Assembly (NCBI GenBank): GCA_963665095.1
Contig: OY762069.1
Span: 6,656,001-6,720,000 of the forward strand
DNA from: an uncultured Desulfobacter sp.
Lineage (GTDB): Bacteria > Desulfobacterota > Desulfobacteria > Desulfobacterales > Desulfobacteraceae
DNA length: 64,000 bases
Reading direction: 5' to 3'
The notes under the pieces are model-generated. The model saw only the letters and a list, made by a program, of their open reading frames with translations, ran no database searches and was not told the DNA's origin. The position numbers were made by a program, and so were the translations under genes. Shown one piece after another: positions 34,499-44,438 of the stretch. Position 1 is the first letter of the stretch. The number at the start of each line of letters is the position of its first letter.

Positions 34499-37400
34499 TC
34501 AGCTGGCCTTGCTCTCCTGAAATTTTTTGTGCAGATCCCGGATGCGCCGGCTTAATACCGAGCAGATCTGCAGGGAAATTCTTGGGAATTCCATGGCGGT
34601 CTCTTTGAACTCCTGTTTGTGGAGTACAAGAAACCGGCAGGGTGACACTGTACGTATGGTTGCAGATCTCGGGGCATCATCAATCAGGGCCATCTCGCCA
34701 AAGGCCTGCCCGGTGGCTATGTGGTCCAGTACCACATGGTTGTCTTCAGCCAGCTCTTTTATTACAGCCACCTTGCCTTCCACAATCAGATAGACGGTCT
34801 CGCCTGTTTCACCCTGGCGGATCACGGTTTCTGATTCCCCAAAATCCTTCTCCCTGGTTTCTGCGGCAATGGCGGCCAACTCTTCGGCACTCAGGCCTGA
34901 GAAAATATCAATCTCTCTTAACAGCAGAATTTTTTCTCCGATGGGGATCTCTCCGGTATCAGTGCTTTCTGGCTGGTCGTCGTTCCGGGATTGTGTGCGT
35001 ATGATCATGTCAAGTTCCTTTTCAATGACCGGTGAGGTCAAATGACTGACTGCCTCCTTAAGGGCGCTGGTGCCAATCAGGTCCGGTGTCTGGCGGATTA
35101 TAAAAAGCCCCATGGCCGCATCCACCCAGTCCTGGGATGTCAACAGCATGTTCAGCGTTGTCCGGCCGCCGCTATCCAGAGCCGGAATCTGTGTGATTGT
35201 TCTTCCCTTTTCCAGGGCTATTTCAGGGGAGGGGCTTTCCAGGAGCGGAAGAACGGCTTTGGCGCTTTTTCGGTCAAGCATGTCATTGAGCAGTTCAATG
35301 GCATTGGCCCGCTGGTGTAAGTTGGACGAGAAAAAACCCTGCCATGCGGTTTTCATCCGTCCTGTTTTATCGTGGATTGCCAGCACCCTTAACGTGTTTT
35401 CAATAATTTTGTCCTTTTTTTCCAGCAGATGGTCTGCGGCCAGCTGGTTTGCAGGCGTTGGCGGCAGCTGGTTTAAATTTTCAACCATGGCCAGACAGGT
35501 ATAGCACTTGATGGTCTGGCTCCGGGAGAACACCATGATATTAAATTCCTTAATTTCAAGGTGTTCAAGCAGAGCGAACAGCCCTTTGCGTCTCCTGGCA
35601 CCGGGAAGGGCCAAAGATTCCAGAAGCAGCTTGCCGTTTCTGTAGTCTGCCTGCCTGATTTTATCCCTGGCAAACTGACTGATCTCCTCGGAAGAATCTC
35701 CGAGCATGAAAATGGTTTTTTTAAGCGTAATGTCGTTGTCTATTTTGAGGGCGTCCAGGGCTGCCAGCCGGACAGGCTTGTTTTTATGGGAAAGAAAGGA
35801 AAAGATGACCAAGTTGAGCTGGGGTGCCTCAAGTCTGGACAGCGCAATGATAATGTCCGGAATAATGGGGTCAATGTCCTTTTCCGATAACATGTCCAGC
35901 AATCTGTCTGCGAATTTTAAATTTTTGGAAAGCCCGGCGCTGATGATGCCGGACCTGCGTTCTTCCAGGTCCACGGCATTCAGCCGGTTTTCAATGGTTA
36001 AGCCTGGATCTGTACCCTGGCCTGGGGGGCTCAAGGCGGTGGCAAAGCCCCTGACTACAGGGTCGGTGTGGGCGGTGTAGGGGGTGAGGTCCAGGGTCTT
36101 TGGGATCTGTATACCCTGCTGCCAGGCCAGTTTGAATATGGCAATGGCGGTTTCCGGGTGGCGGGGATCAAGAAAGGGAATCAGTCGTCTGGCAGCAGAT
36201 GTATGGGAACCCGGGGAGATCATTTTGATCAGGGCCACCTGGGTGGCTTCATCCTGGTGGGGCAGGGCCTGCAGAATTTTTTCATCCAGGGCATCTTCGG
36301 ATAGATTTTTTAAAAGAGATGCATACCAGAGCGCATCCGTCCCCCTGGCTGATAAAAAATTTTTTTCCAGGTCTGACTGCAGTGTGTTCTCTTTGAAGAT
36401 CTGTCCGAGCTCTTTTTTGCTGAAACTTTTTATATCCAGAAGGTTGTTGGATATCAGGTGCTTGAGCATGGTGGAATATTTAAACTTAAGATAAATGGGC
36501 GCAGCCAGCCATGCCAGGACAAAGGGCAGGGCCACAAGGGTCAGGTATCTGGGGTGGAACAAAGATGTTGAGATCAGAATCAGGGTGGAGCCGGTGAACA
36601 GCGCTACCCGCACCACAGTTCCCCGCAGAAAGGGCCGCACCTGATTTCGGTACTGTTCAGGAAACATGCCGATGAGAATGCCGTTGGCCGGCACATTGAT
36701 GGTGGTGCGAAGGATATTGGTGGACATTCTTGCATACATGGCCGAGATAACGTCAAACCGGAAAAGAAATGCGAGGAAAGCAATCATGTAGTTAAACGGA
36801 TGAAACATCAGGGCCACGGGGAGGCCCCAGCGGCCGTAAATACGCCCCACAAACAGGAGAATGAAAAGACTGACCGTATACTGGGCTCCCCTGAAATATC
36901 CGAAGAATTTAAGCACGGCCGCTTCCGAGGCAAACTGGTTGTCAATGGCAAAATTGAACTGGTAGTTCATGATGGGAACCACCACATTGGGCATGAAGGT
37001 AATGACCAGTACCACTTTAAACAGAATGGATTCTTTAATCAGGGGGACCAGCTGGGTGATCTCTTCCCTGAAGGACTTTTTATCTTTACCTTTGGGGGCT
37101 GATGGTTTCTGGTAGATCATGCTGGCGTAGTTCCTGCCCATGGCTGAAACAACGGCAGTGCCGGCTAAGGTGGTGGCAAGGTAGAGGTACAAAAGATTAT
37201 CCAGATTGAACTGTCGGGCAAAATAGGGGGTGGCCATGGAGCCCAGGATCAGTCCTATGACGCCGCCGGCTGTGAGCAGGGGAAAAAGCCGCTTTGACTG
37301 CCGGGTGTTAAACAGATCGTTGCAGATGTTCCAGTAGAGCATGGCCTGGATCATTTCAAACTGGCTTTTGAGCATGAACAGTAACGGGTAGAGCAGGTCA

Positions 37401-37717
37401 AGACCAAAGGGGATGAGAAGCCGTATCCCTGTAACGGTCAGGCCTGATGCCAGGAATACACATGCCAGCACTCTGCCGCCAGAGACCCGGTTTAAAATAC
37501 CTGTCAGGGCACCTGTGATAAAGATGGTGGCAATGGCATTGACCATATTGACCGCAGGCATGAACTCCACGCCGTATCGTTTAAGAAAGGCGGTTTCCGC
37601 ATAGTTGTTCAGGATGACGCCGGAGCTTCGCACAATGAACAAAAGCAGGGTGGTCCATAATACCAGGCTGATCTCTTCTTCATAGACGTTGAGCCAGAAA
37701 AGTATTTTTTTTATCAT
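34499..37717 (-). CDS. NTT/Npt1-like MFS membrane domain + HEAT repeats + cyclic-nucleotide-binding domain
   Basis: Multi-TM N-terminus with FNTRQSKRLFP; HEAT-like helices (VRLAALDAL, QRANAIELL); FGEMALIDDAPRSAT. Confidence 0.88.
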   Translation of the reverse strand: MIKKILFWLNVYEEEISLVLWTTLLLFIVRSSGVILNNYAETAFLKRYGVEFMPAVNMVNAIATIFITGALTGILNRVSGGRVLACVFLASGLTVTGIRLLIPFGLDLLYPLLFMLKSQFEMIQAMLYWNICNDLFNTRQSKRLFPLLTAGGVIGLILGSMATPYFARQFNLDNLLYLYLATTLAGTAVVSAMGRNYASMIYQKPSAPKGKDKKSFREEITQLVPLIKESILFKVVLVITFMPNVVVPIMNYQFNFAIDNQFASEAAVLKFFGYFRGAQYTVSLFILLFVGRIYGRWGLPVALMFHPFNYMIAFLAFLFRFDVISAMYARMSTNILRTTINVPANGILIGMFPEQYRNQVRPFLRGTVVRVALFTGSTLILISTSLFHPRYLTLVALPFVLAWLAAPIYLKFKYSTMLKHLISNNLLDIKSFSKKELGQIFKENTLQSDLEKNFLSARGTDALWYASLLKNLSEDALDEKILQALPHQDEATQVALIKMISPGSHTSAARRLIPFLDPRHPETAIAIFKLAWQQGIQIPKTLDLTPYTAHTDPVVRGFATALSPPGQGTDPGLTIENRLNAVDLEERRSGIISAGLSKNLKFADRLLDMLSEKDIDPIIPDIIIALSRLEAPQLNLVIFSFLSHKNKPVRLAALDALKIDNDITLKKTIFMLGDSSEEISQFARDKIRQADYRNGKLLLESLALPGARRRKGLFALLEHLEIKEFNIMVFSRSQTIKCYTCLAMVENLNQLPPTPANQLAADHLLEKKDKIIENTLRVLAIHDKTGRMKTAWQGFFSSNLHQRANAIELLNDMLDRKSAKAVLPLLESPSPEIALEKGRTITQIPALDSGGRTTLNMLLTSQDWVDAAMGLFIIRQTPDLIGTSALKEAVSHLTSPVIEKELDMIIRTQSRNDDQPESTDTGEIPIGEKILLLREIDIFSGLSAEELAAIAAETREKDFGESETVIRQGETGETVYLIVEGKVAVIKELAEDNHVVLDHIATGQAFGEMALIDDAPRSATIRTVSPCRFLVLHKQEFKETAMEFPRISLQICSVLSRRIRDLHKKFQESKAS

Positions 37718-38622
37718 TCAGCGGCCTCTAAAATCAGCCGAAATCCTGTGGTATGAAATCTGGCTGAAGGATGGCCGTATGTCCGGTTGGCACTTCTAAG
37801 GGATTTTGCATGTTTATAAAAGCTGCCTCCCCGTCTGACGCGAGAGTCTGAACTTGTAACGGAAAAGGAATTGTCAATGGGGCCTGCTGAATAGGGGGCA
37901 TAAATATCTGCACACCACTCCCAGACATTGCCATGCATGTCATATAACCCCCAGGCATTGGGGGCAAATATTTTGACCGGGGCAGGGCGGCCTTGCGCAA
38001 TGTTTATGCTTTTATAATAGGGGACACAGGTGCCGTCTTTATCCGGGTTATTGGCGAACATGGCCCGGGTGCAGTCAATGGTTTCCCCAAAGGCATAGGC
38101 AGTGGTGGAACCGGCCCGGCAGGCATATTCCCACTCTGCCTCGGTTGGCAGCCGGTATCTGTACCGGCTTTTTTTGCTCAGTTTTTCAATGAACTTCATA
38201 CACCCGTGCCAGGATATCCGGGTCTGGGGCAGGCTGTCGTTGTCCTGGTGGCGGATGAACCACCGCCTGCCCATGATCTTCTGCCACTGGGCCTGGGTAA
38301 CTTCTGTTTCCTGGAGATAAAATTCCCTGGAGATAGTCACCTGGTGCTGAATTTCGTCCTTGTCTCTGTATTTTTCAGAGGCTGGACTGCCCATGGTAAA
38401 GGTGCCCGGGGCTATCCTGATAAATGTCATGCTGAATTCATTGGTGATTGTGGCCTGGCCGGCATGGCCTTGAGCAGGGAGCAGCATGCCTGAGGCAAGG
38501 CACAGGGCTGCCAGAAACAATAAAAAATTTCTGCAGCCAGGCCCCCAGGGCCGGACTTCAGTCTGGCAGTGAAAATAAAACAGATATTTCTGTAATCGTT
38601 CTGGCACGGCGGATGCTCCCAT
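37714..38622 (-). CDS. Formylglycine-generating enzyme (SUMF1) family exported protein
   Basis: GTFTMGS, YRLPTEAEWEYACR, PNAWGLYDMHGNVWEW, RGGS, GFRL. Start uncertain. Confidence 0.9.
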   Translation of the reverse strand: MGASAVPERLQKYLFYFHCQTEVRPWGPGCRNFLLFLAALCLASGMLLPAQGHAGQATITNEFSMTFIRIAPGTFTMGSPASEKYRDKDEIQHQVTISREFYLQETEVTQAQWQKIMGRRWFIRHQDNDSLPQTRISWHGCMKFIEKLSKKSRYRYRLPTEAEWEYACRAGSTTAYAFGETIDCTRAMFANNPDKDGTCVPYYKSINIAQGRPAPVKIFAPNAWGLYDMHGNVWEWCADIYAPYSAGPIDNSFSVTSSDSRVRRGGSFYKHAKSLRSANRTYGHPSARFHTTGFRLILEAAE

Positions 38623-38734
38623 GGCTTCCCGCTTTTGGATTGTCTGGTTTGAATACTTCTATGCAATTATAAATCGCGGCTTTTGTCAAGTCCCAACACA
38701 GCCCTGTTTCAGGCTTCCTGAATTTAAAAAGTTA

Positions 38735-38765
38735 TTGACATGTATATTTGCCTGAAATATATGCT
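38735..38765 (+). promoter_or_regulatory. MerR-type sigma70 promoter with a 19-bp spacer and internal dyad
   Basis: TTGACA (38735)-19 bp-TATGCT (38760); TATATTT-gcctg-AAATATA inverted repeat at 38743-38761. Confidence 0.55.
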
Positions 38766-38863
38766 ATTTATTTAAATAGTATTGAGTGTTGCTCCATGAT
38801 TTTTACAATCGTAAGAATTATGAGGATAGGTCAATTGACAAACCATTATTTGGAGGCGTTACT

Positions 38864-39625
38864 GTGTTTGAAACAATTCGTGTGGAGAAAGACAAACTGA
38901 TTGCGGTTATTACGCTTAACCGTCCCCCGGCAAATTCAATCAATCTGATGCTTATCAATGAGTTAACGCAAGTTCTGGATGATATTGAAAAAGATCCGGA
39001 GGTTCGGGTAGTGGTTGTAACAGGTGCCGGTGGGAAAGGGTTTTGTGCCGGTTTTGATGTGACCGATGCCGAAAACGCCGGTCAGGCCGGTCCCAAAGGC
39101 CGTGCAATGATGACCAGAATAGACCGCTTCCCCAAACCTGTGATTGCCGCCATAAATGGATATGCCTTTGGTGGAGGCTGCGAGCTGGCGCTGGCCTGCA
39201 CGTTCAGGGTCATGAGTGAGGAGGCCAAAACAGGTCTGACAGAATTAAATCTGGGGATTATTCCAGGGTGGGGCGGTACCCAGCGGATGCCAAGACTTGT
39301 TGGAAAGTCCAAGGCGCTGGACCTGATTTTGTTCAGCAAGCGGATTACAGCTAAGGAAGCATTTGAGATCGGCCTTGTGGATCGTGTCTGCCCCCGGGAA
39401 GCGTTGATGACAGAAGTTATGGCCATGGCGGAAACGTTGAGTAAAAGGCCCCCCATTGCAGTTAAGGCGGTACTCACGGCTGTCACCGCCGGGCTGCAGG
39501 ACGGGTTTGAGGCCGGAGATGCACTGGAAACAGAAGGTTCAGCCGCCGCCTCAACGTCAAAAGATGCAATCGAAGGATTTACGGCCTTTCTTGAAAAAAG
39601 GGATCCGCAATTTAAAGGTGAATAA
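38864..39625 (+). CDS. Enoyl-CoA hydratase/isomerase
   Basis: ITLNRPPAN, FCAGFD, AFGGGCELAL, GIIPGWGGTQR. GTG 38864 follows GGAGG. Confidence 0.93.
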   Translation: MFETIRVEKDKLIAVITLNRPPANSINLMLINELTQVLDDIEKDPEVRVVVVTGAGGKGFCAGFDVTDAENAGQAGPKGRAMMTRIDRFPKPVIAAINGYAFGGGCELALACTFRVMSEEAKTGLTELNLGIIPGWGGTQRMPRLVGKSKALDLILFSKRITAKEAFEIGLVDRVCPREALMTEVMAMAETLSKRPPIAVKAVLTAVTAGLQDGFEAGDALETEGSAAASTSKDAIEGFTAFLEKRDPQFKGE

Positions 39626-39640
39626 CAAAAGGAGCATGTT

Positions 39641-40792
39641 ATGAAATCAGAAGATGTAAAAACTGTTGCAATGATCGGTGCCGGGGACATGGGACATGGC
39701 ATCGCGGCCTGTTTTCTTCAGGCAGGATTTAAGGTTGTGTTGCGGGATGTCAAGCAGGAGTTTGTGGATCGTGGCATGGCCGGCATAAAGTCCAGCTTTG
39801 AAAGATTTGTTTCCAAGGGAAAGATGACTCCGGAAGTCTACGAGCAGGCAATGGCGAACCTGGTACCTGCCGTGGATCTGCAGGAAGCGGTAAAAGATGC
39901 TGATTTTATCATTGAAGCGGTGCCGGAAAAGATGGAAATTAAAAAGAGTGTCTTTTCCGAACTTGACAAGTATGCCCCTGAACATGCCATCCTTGCCTCC
40001 AACACCTCGACCATGAGCATATCTGAAATTGCCACGGCAACAAGTCGGGAAGACAAGGTGATCGGATACCATTTTTTTAATCCGGCCATCCTGATGAAAC
40101 TGGTTGAAGTGATCAAAGGAAATAACAGCAGTGACGAATCTGTTCAGATCGGTTATGCGCTTGCCCAGAAAATTAAAAAAGTGCCTGTTATCGTGAAAAA
40201 GGATTCCCCGGGATTTATATACAACCGGGTAAATATTCCGGCAGGCGCTCTCATGAATAAAATTGTTGAGGCAGGCACCCCGAGCCCTGAAGAGTTTGAT
40301 GCGGCCATGAAAGCGGCCATGCCCATGGGACCGTTTGAGTTGTCCGATTATGTCGGCAATGATGTGAATGTGAACGGCCTTGAGTATATGGCCCAGGCCC
40401 TGTCTCCGGAATATGAGCCATGTGATGCGTTCCGTCAATTGATTACCGATGGAAAACTGGGCAAGAAAACCGGACATGGCTTCTATGACTGGTCCAATGG
40501 GCGTCCTGAAATTGATCTTTCCAAAGCCACCAAATTGTTTGATTTGAACCATATGATCGCCCTGCAGGTCAATGAGGCCACCAAGGTGATGGAAGAAGGC
40601 GTTTGTGAGGATCCCAAAGAGATCGATCTGGCAATGGCTAACGGCGGGGGCTCTCCGTTTGGTCCCTTTGCACTGGCCAAGGGTATTGGTTATCCCACGC
40701 TGATTGCAAAACTGGAAGATCTCTACGATAAATATAAACTGGAGATTTTTCTGCCCACTGAAACAATGAAGAAGGGCGATATTCAAGTATAA
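39641..40792 (+). CDS. 3-hydroxyacyl-CoA dehydrogenase
   Basis: GAGDMGHG, IEAVPE, ASNTS, HFFNP, PMGPF, GKKTGHGFY. Confidence 0.93.
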   Translation: MKSEDVKTVAMIGAGDMGHGIAACFLQAGFKVVLRDVKQEFVDRGMAGIKSSFERFVSKGKMTPEVYEQAMANLVPAVDLQEAVKDADFIIEAVPEKMEIKKSVFSELDKYAPEHAILASNTSTMSISEIATATSREDKVIGYHFFNPAILMKLVEVIKGNNSSDESVQIGYALAQKIKKVPVIVKKDSPGFIYNRVNIPAGALMNKIVEAGTPSPEEFDAAMKAAMPMGPFELSDYVGNDVNVNGLEYMAQALSPEYEPCDAFRQLITDGKLGKKTGHGFYDWSNGRPEIDLSKATKLFDLNHMIALQVNEATKVMEEGVCEDPKEIDLAMANGGGSPFGPFALAKGIGYPTLIAKLEDLYDKYKLEIFLPTETMKKGDIQV

Positions 40793-40916
40793 GGCGCATA
40801 ACGTTCAAGTTTGCCAGCGATAACTTGGAACTATTTAGTGCATTATCCTGTAAAGGCTTTGGTTCCACCGGGCACTGCGTCCGGTGGACCAGTACCAGAT
40901 GTTCAAAATTCACGAA

Positions 40917-41624
40917 TTACTCTTTTTTTGCAGATTGTTGCAGGCGGTTAATCTCCATTTGTACGGTTTTTCTGTACATATGGTAAAAAAACAGCCCCAC
41001 AGCCTCCACCAGTTGTATCCCTTGTTCCTGAAATTCCTGGGAGTCAGAACGGTTCAGATATTCATTGAGATATTGCATGTGTGTGGACAAAACCGTTTTT
41101 TTAACAGATTCGCTGTAAACTTTGAGATCTTCAGGATGGTATCCATCCTTGGGGCCCACACCTAAACGGTCCATACTGACGATGAGTTTGCCAATGGTGA
41201 CATCATCGCTTGAGAAGATCAGATCTGTGCCGTTATCCCGGGGAGTGAGTATTTCCCATTCAATCATTTTATCCAGCCACTTTTCAGCTATGCCGGTGAC
41301 GCTCATAAACTGCTCCCTGCCGGAGACGGAGTCGAAGCAGACCTGGTCCACAGGACGAAAGTTTTCAGTGAAAAATTTCAGCCGGGCACTGTCAACATTG
41401 GAAAGCTGTTTTTGTTTTTTGATAATTTTTTTTATTTCAGACAGCGGGAGAAAATAATTTGTCTGAAGATCTTTTATCAGCCGGATCTGTTCTACGGTGC
41501 TTTCATCATAATCAGCCGTATTTTTATTCTTTTTCCGAGGCCTTGGCAGGGCACCTTCCCGGATATAATAGTGAATGGTTTCCTTGGGTACGTTGGTTTT
41601 TTGGGCCAGCTCGCTGATCTTCAA
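40917..41624 (-). CDS. MerR-family transcriptional regulator
   Basis: KISELAQKTNVPKETIHYYIREG...LPLSEIK; TTG start. Confidence 0.9.
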   Translation of the reverse strand: MKISELAQKTNVPKETIHYYIREGALPRPRKKNKNTADYDESTVEQIRLIKDLQTNYFLPLSEIKKIIKKQKQLSNVDSARLKFFTENFRPVDQVCFDSVSGREQFMSVTGIAEKWLDKMIEWEILTPRDNGTDLIFSSDDVTIGKLIVSMDRLGVGPKDGYHPEDLKVYSESVKKTVLSTHMQYLNEYLNRSDSQEFQEQGIQLVEAVGLFFYHMYRKTVQMEINRLQQSAKKE

Positions 41625-41790
41625 AATGGTATGCTTCCGTTTTAGTTTAAATTTTTAACTGTGTAAATATATGTCAGATTATGAAATATATAACAAGAGC
41701 ATCCCGCGTACCCATGGACAGTTAGCGTTGCCTCCATGTGCCGGCAAAAATCAATGGAGTGATTGTTTTGTTTTTCGTGATATCCTCTTT

Positions 41791-43032
41791 TTAAAGATTC
41801 CCTTTTTTCAGATTCTTATACCCTTGGAGCTGGATCTTTTTTTCAACGCATTTTTTTTGGATAATGTCAGCAGCAGCCAGGTTCAACGTTTTCTGATACG
41901 CATCGATTTTAACGTTAAATCCGCAGTTAAAGGGACCTAACCGGATACTGTTTTCCTCCCCCCGGTATTCCTCATGAATCACGGTAAAGGGTGAGGCAAA
42001 CAGCCACCTGAGCTGGATGGTGGTCACAGCGTTTTCTTCAAGGCAGCTCATGAAATGTTCCAGGTCATAAAGATCCTGCTCCACCAGATTATTCCAGCCA
42101 AGGATCATGTTGGCATTTACCTTGAATCCGCTTTGCCGGCACAGCTCCAGGGTCTGGAGAACTTCATTCATGTGGGTACCCTTGTCCAGGTAGTTCCACA
42201 TGCGCTCGGAGGGAAACTCAATGCCGAATCCTATGGTGGAGGCAGGGACGTCACCTCCCAGATCTTTAACAACCTGTCTCAGTGCCTTGGTTTCCGCCCT
42301 TCCTGCCCGCATGAAATACCGGTATTCAAGGTCGTTTCGGCGCGGCAGATTCGGCAGAATCTCGCGGATCATCAACGGCGTGATGGAACCGGTATTGAGC
42401 CTGACGATTTTATGGCCTTCAAAAGCCAGGTCCTTGAATGCCATGTCGAAGTTTTTTCGTCTTCTGGTATGCTCGGGCGCATGCTGGGCAATGGTGCAGA
42501 AAGGGCATTTTGACCAGTAACACCGGTTGTCGATGGTGTATGAAAAATAGACCCGGTTCTCTTTTGATACTGCATCGGGAAGTTCGAGCTGCCATGGTGC
42601 ATAAAAATCAGGCATGCCAAGCATGGATTCCATGCTGCGGCCTGTGAGCGTCAGGTTGTCCGGCAGCTTTTTTTCCACCTTGAAATGCACAGGGTGCCAC
42701 TCTCCTTCCCGGGCAAGGCGTTCCGCGGCCACAGGGCCGCCTACAATAAACTTGATTTCAGGGTAGTTGAGTGCCCAGGTGTAGGCCTGGTACAAATGGT
42801 TGATGTAGCTTGCGCTGATATAGGCGCATCCCCTGGTCATGGGCAGTTCAATGCCCTGGTATGCTTCTGGTGTGTACCAGAGGGTGGAATCCTGAAGATG
42901 AGGGAGCCATAGAAAATCACCGCGCTGCCGGCACAGCTCCCAGGCGTCGGAGAATCCGTTACACAGGTCAAACCAGCCCGAGCGGGTTTCTCCGTAAAAT
43001 TGTATAAATATCGTTTCGTTCAATGTCCACAC
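41791..43032 (-). CDS. Radical SAM protein with CX4CX2C and a B12-binding-like N-terminus
   Basis: RCYWSKCPFC, KFIVGGP, GFGIE...DKG, NMILGW. Confidence 0.75.
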   Translation of the reverse strand: MWTLNETIFIQFYGETRSGWFDLCNGFSDAWELCRQRGDFLWLPHLQDSTLWYTPEAYQGIELPMTRGCAYISASYINHLYQAYTWALNYPEIKFIVGGPVAAERLAREGEWHPVHFKVEKKLPDNLTLTGRSMESMLGMPDFYAPWQLELPDAVSKENRVYFSYTIDNRCYWSKCPFCTIAQHAPEHTRRRKNFDMAFKDLAFEGHKIVRLNTGSITPLMIREILPNLPRRNDLEYRYFMRAGRAETKALRQVVKDLGGDVPASTIGFGIEFPSERMWNYLDKGTHMNEVLQTLELCRQSGFKVNANMILGWNNLVEQDLYDLEHFMSCLEENAVTTIQLRWLFASPFTVIHEEYRGEENSIRLGPFNCGFNVKIDAYQKTLNLAAADIIQKKCVEKKIQLQGYKNLKKGNL

Positions 43033-43427
43033 CCAATATATTCAAATTTTATGTTTTGGCCATCATACACCAGGGAGGCCTGTCTGTCCTGGATTTTTGA
43101 ACAATTGAGGGCACCGTTTAAAAGTGGTAGCTGAAATATTTGTGAATAACAGCCATGGGCTGACCTGACATATCAACTGCCAGGCGTAAACCCAGAATAA
43201 AATTTGCCAGTATCTCAACAACTTATTGAAACTCTCATATAAAACCAGGGCAAACAACAGGTTCAGATGTTGCTGAAAATTCATTCAAATATTTAATTTT
43301 ACTCTGACCCCAATTATTCAGTGTTTGACAACAAAGGGATCATGGCATAAAAATTATAAATTCTGATTAATCCTGTCTGAGTCCTTAAGAAAGCAGACCC
43401 TTAACACTTTGGCTGAATGGAGAGCAG

Positions 43428-44438
43428 ATGAAGATCGGATTTTTGATGGACGATATAAGGCAGATTGACCCACAGTGGGAGACCACGGCCTATCTTATGC
43501 AGGAATGCAATCAAAGGGGGCATACGGTCTATTTTCTTCAACCCCATGATCTTTACATCCGAAAAAATAATGTCGTTGCCCGGATGCGGGACATCACCGT
43601 TGATCCCGGGTTAAATCTGGGGGACTACTGGGACGCTTTAGTGGCATGCCTGGACCGGGAAGAGCTGATATTTGATACCGTAAGTGATCTGGAAGTCCTG
43701 TTTTTGCGTAAAGATCCGCCTTTGAATTATGAAACCATGAACTTTCTTGGTTCCATTGGCGATAAGGTGTTCATCATCAACAGTCTTTACGGTGTACTGA
43801 ACTGCAGCGCCAAAACCTATATCTTAAATTTTCCTGATATCATTCCCGAAACCCATGTGTCCCGTGATCCCGGCCGGTTAAAACGGATCATTGATAATTT
43901 TGGCGGAGATATGGTGATGAAACCCCTGCATGGCCACGGCGGCCATGGGGTGATCAAGGTAAGCAACCGGGACCAGGAAAATTTAAATTCCCTGCTCCAT
44001 TTTTATATCCAGTCACGCCTGCCTTATCCGGAAAGAATTCCTGTCATGGTGCAGGAATATCTTAAATCTGTCAGGGAGGACGGAGATGTAAGAATCATGC
44101 TGCTCAACGGGGAAATTATCGGGGCCATGGGGCGGAAATCTGTTTCCGGGGATTTCAGGACCAATGTCCATGCCGGTGCTGAAACGTTCAGGCATGAGGT
44201 GACACCCGCTCAAAAAATGATTTGTGAACGGATCAGAGATCGTCTGGTTCGGGATGGCCTCTATTTCGTGGGGATTGATGTCATAAAGGATAAACTGGTT
44301 GAAATTAACCCTGTAAGTCCGGGAGGAATTGCCAGAATAAACCTGCTTGACAATGTCAGGCTGGAATCAAAGGTCGTTGATTTTATTGAGGAGAAGATTT
44401 GTGCAATTAAGAATTCAAAGCAGAGGCAGGCAGGTTAA
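43428..44438 (+). CDS. gshB: Glutathione synthetase-like ATP-grasp ligase
   Basis: KIGFLMD, FLRKDPP, MKPLHGHGG, VQEYL, GDVRI, FVGIDVI, EINPVSPG. Confidence 0.82.
   Translation: MKIGFLMDDIRQIDPQWETTAYLMQECNQRGHTVYFLQPHDLYIRKNNVVARMRDITVDPGLNLGDYWDALVACLDREELIFDTVSDLEVLFLRKDPPLNYETMNFLGSIGDKVFIINSLYGVLNCSAKTYILNFPDIIPETHVSRDPGRLKRIIDNFGGDMVMKPLHGHGGHGVIKVSNRDQENLNSLLHFYIQSRLPYPERIPVMVQEYLKSVREDGDVRIMLLNGEIIGAMGRKSVSGDFRTNVHAGAETFRHEVTPAQKMICERIRDRLVRDGLYFVGIDVIKDKLVEINPVSPGGIARINLLDNVRLESKVVDFIEEKICAIKNSKQRQAG

Noticed and set aside
31050..34499. Graspetide/RiPP cluster
   Set aside because: No precursor peptide with repeated core motifs was found, and the ligase looks RimK-like.
39647..40786. 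379-aa antisense ORF over the 3-hydroxyacyl-CoA dehydrogenase
   Set aside because: Shadow ORF with no recognisable motifs; the plus-strand gene is unambiguous.
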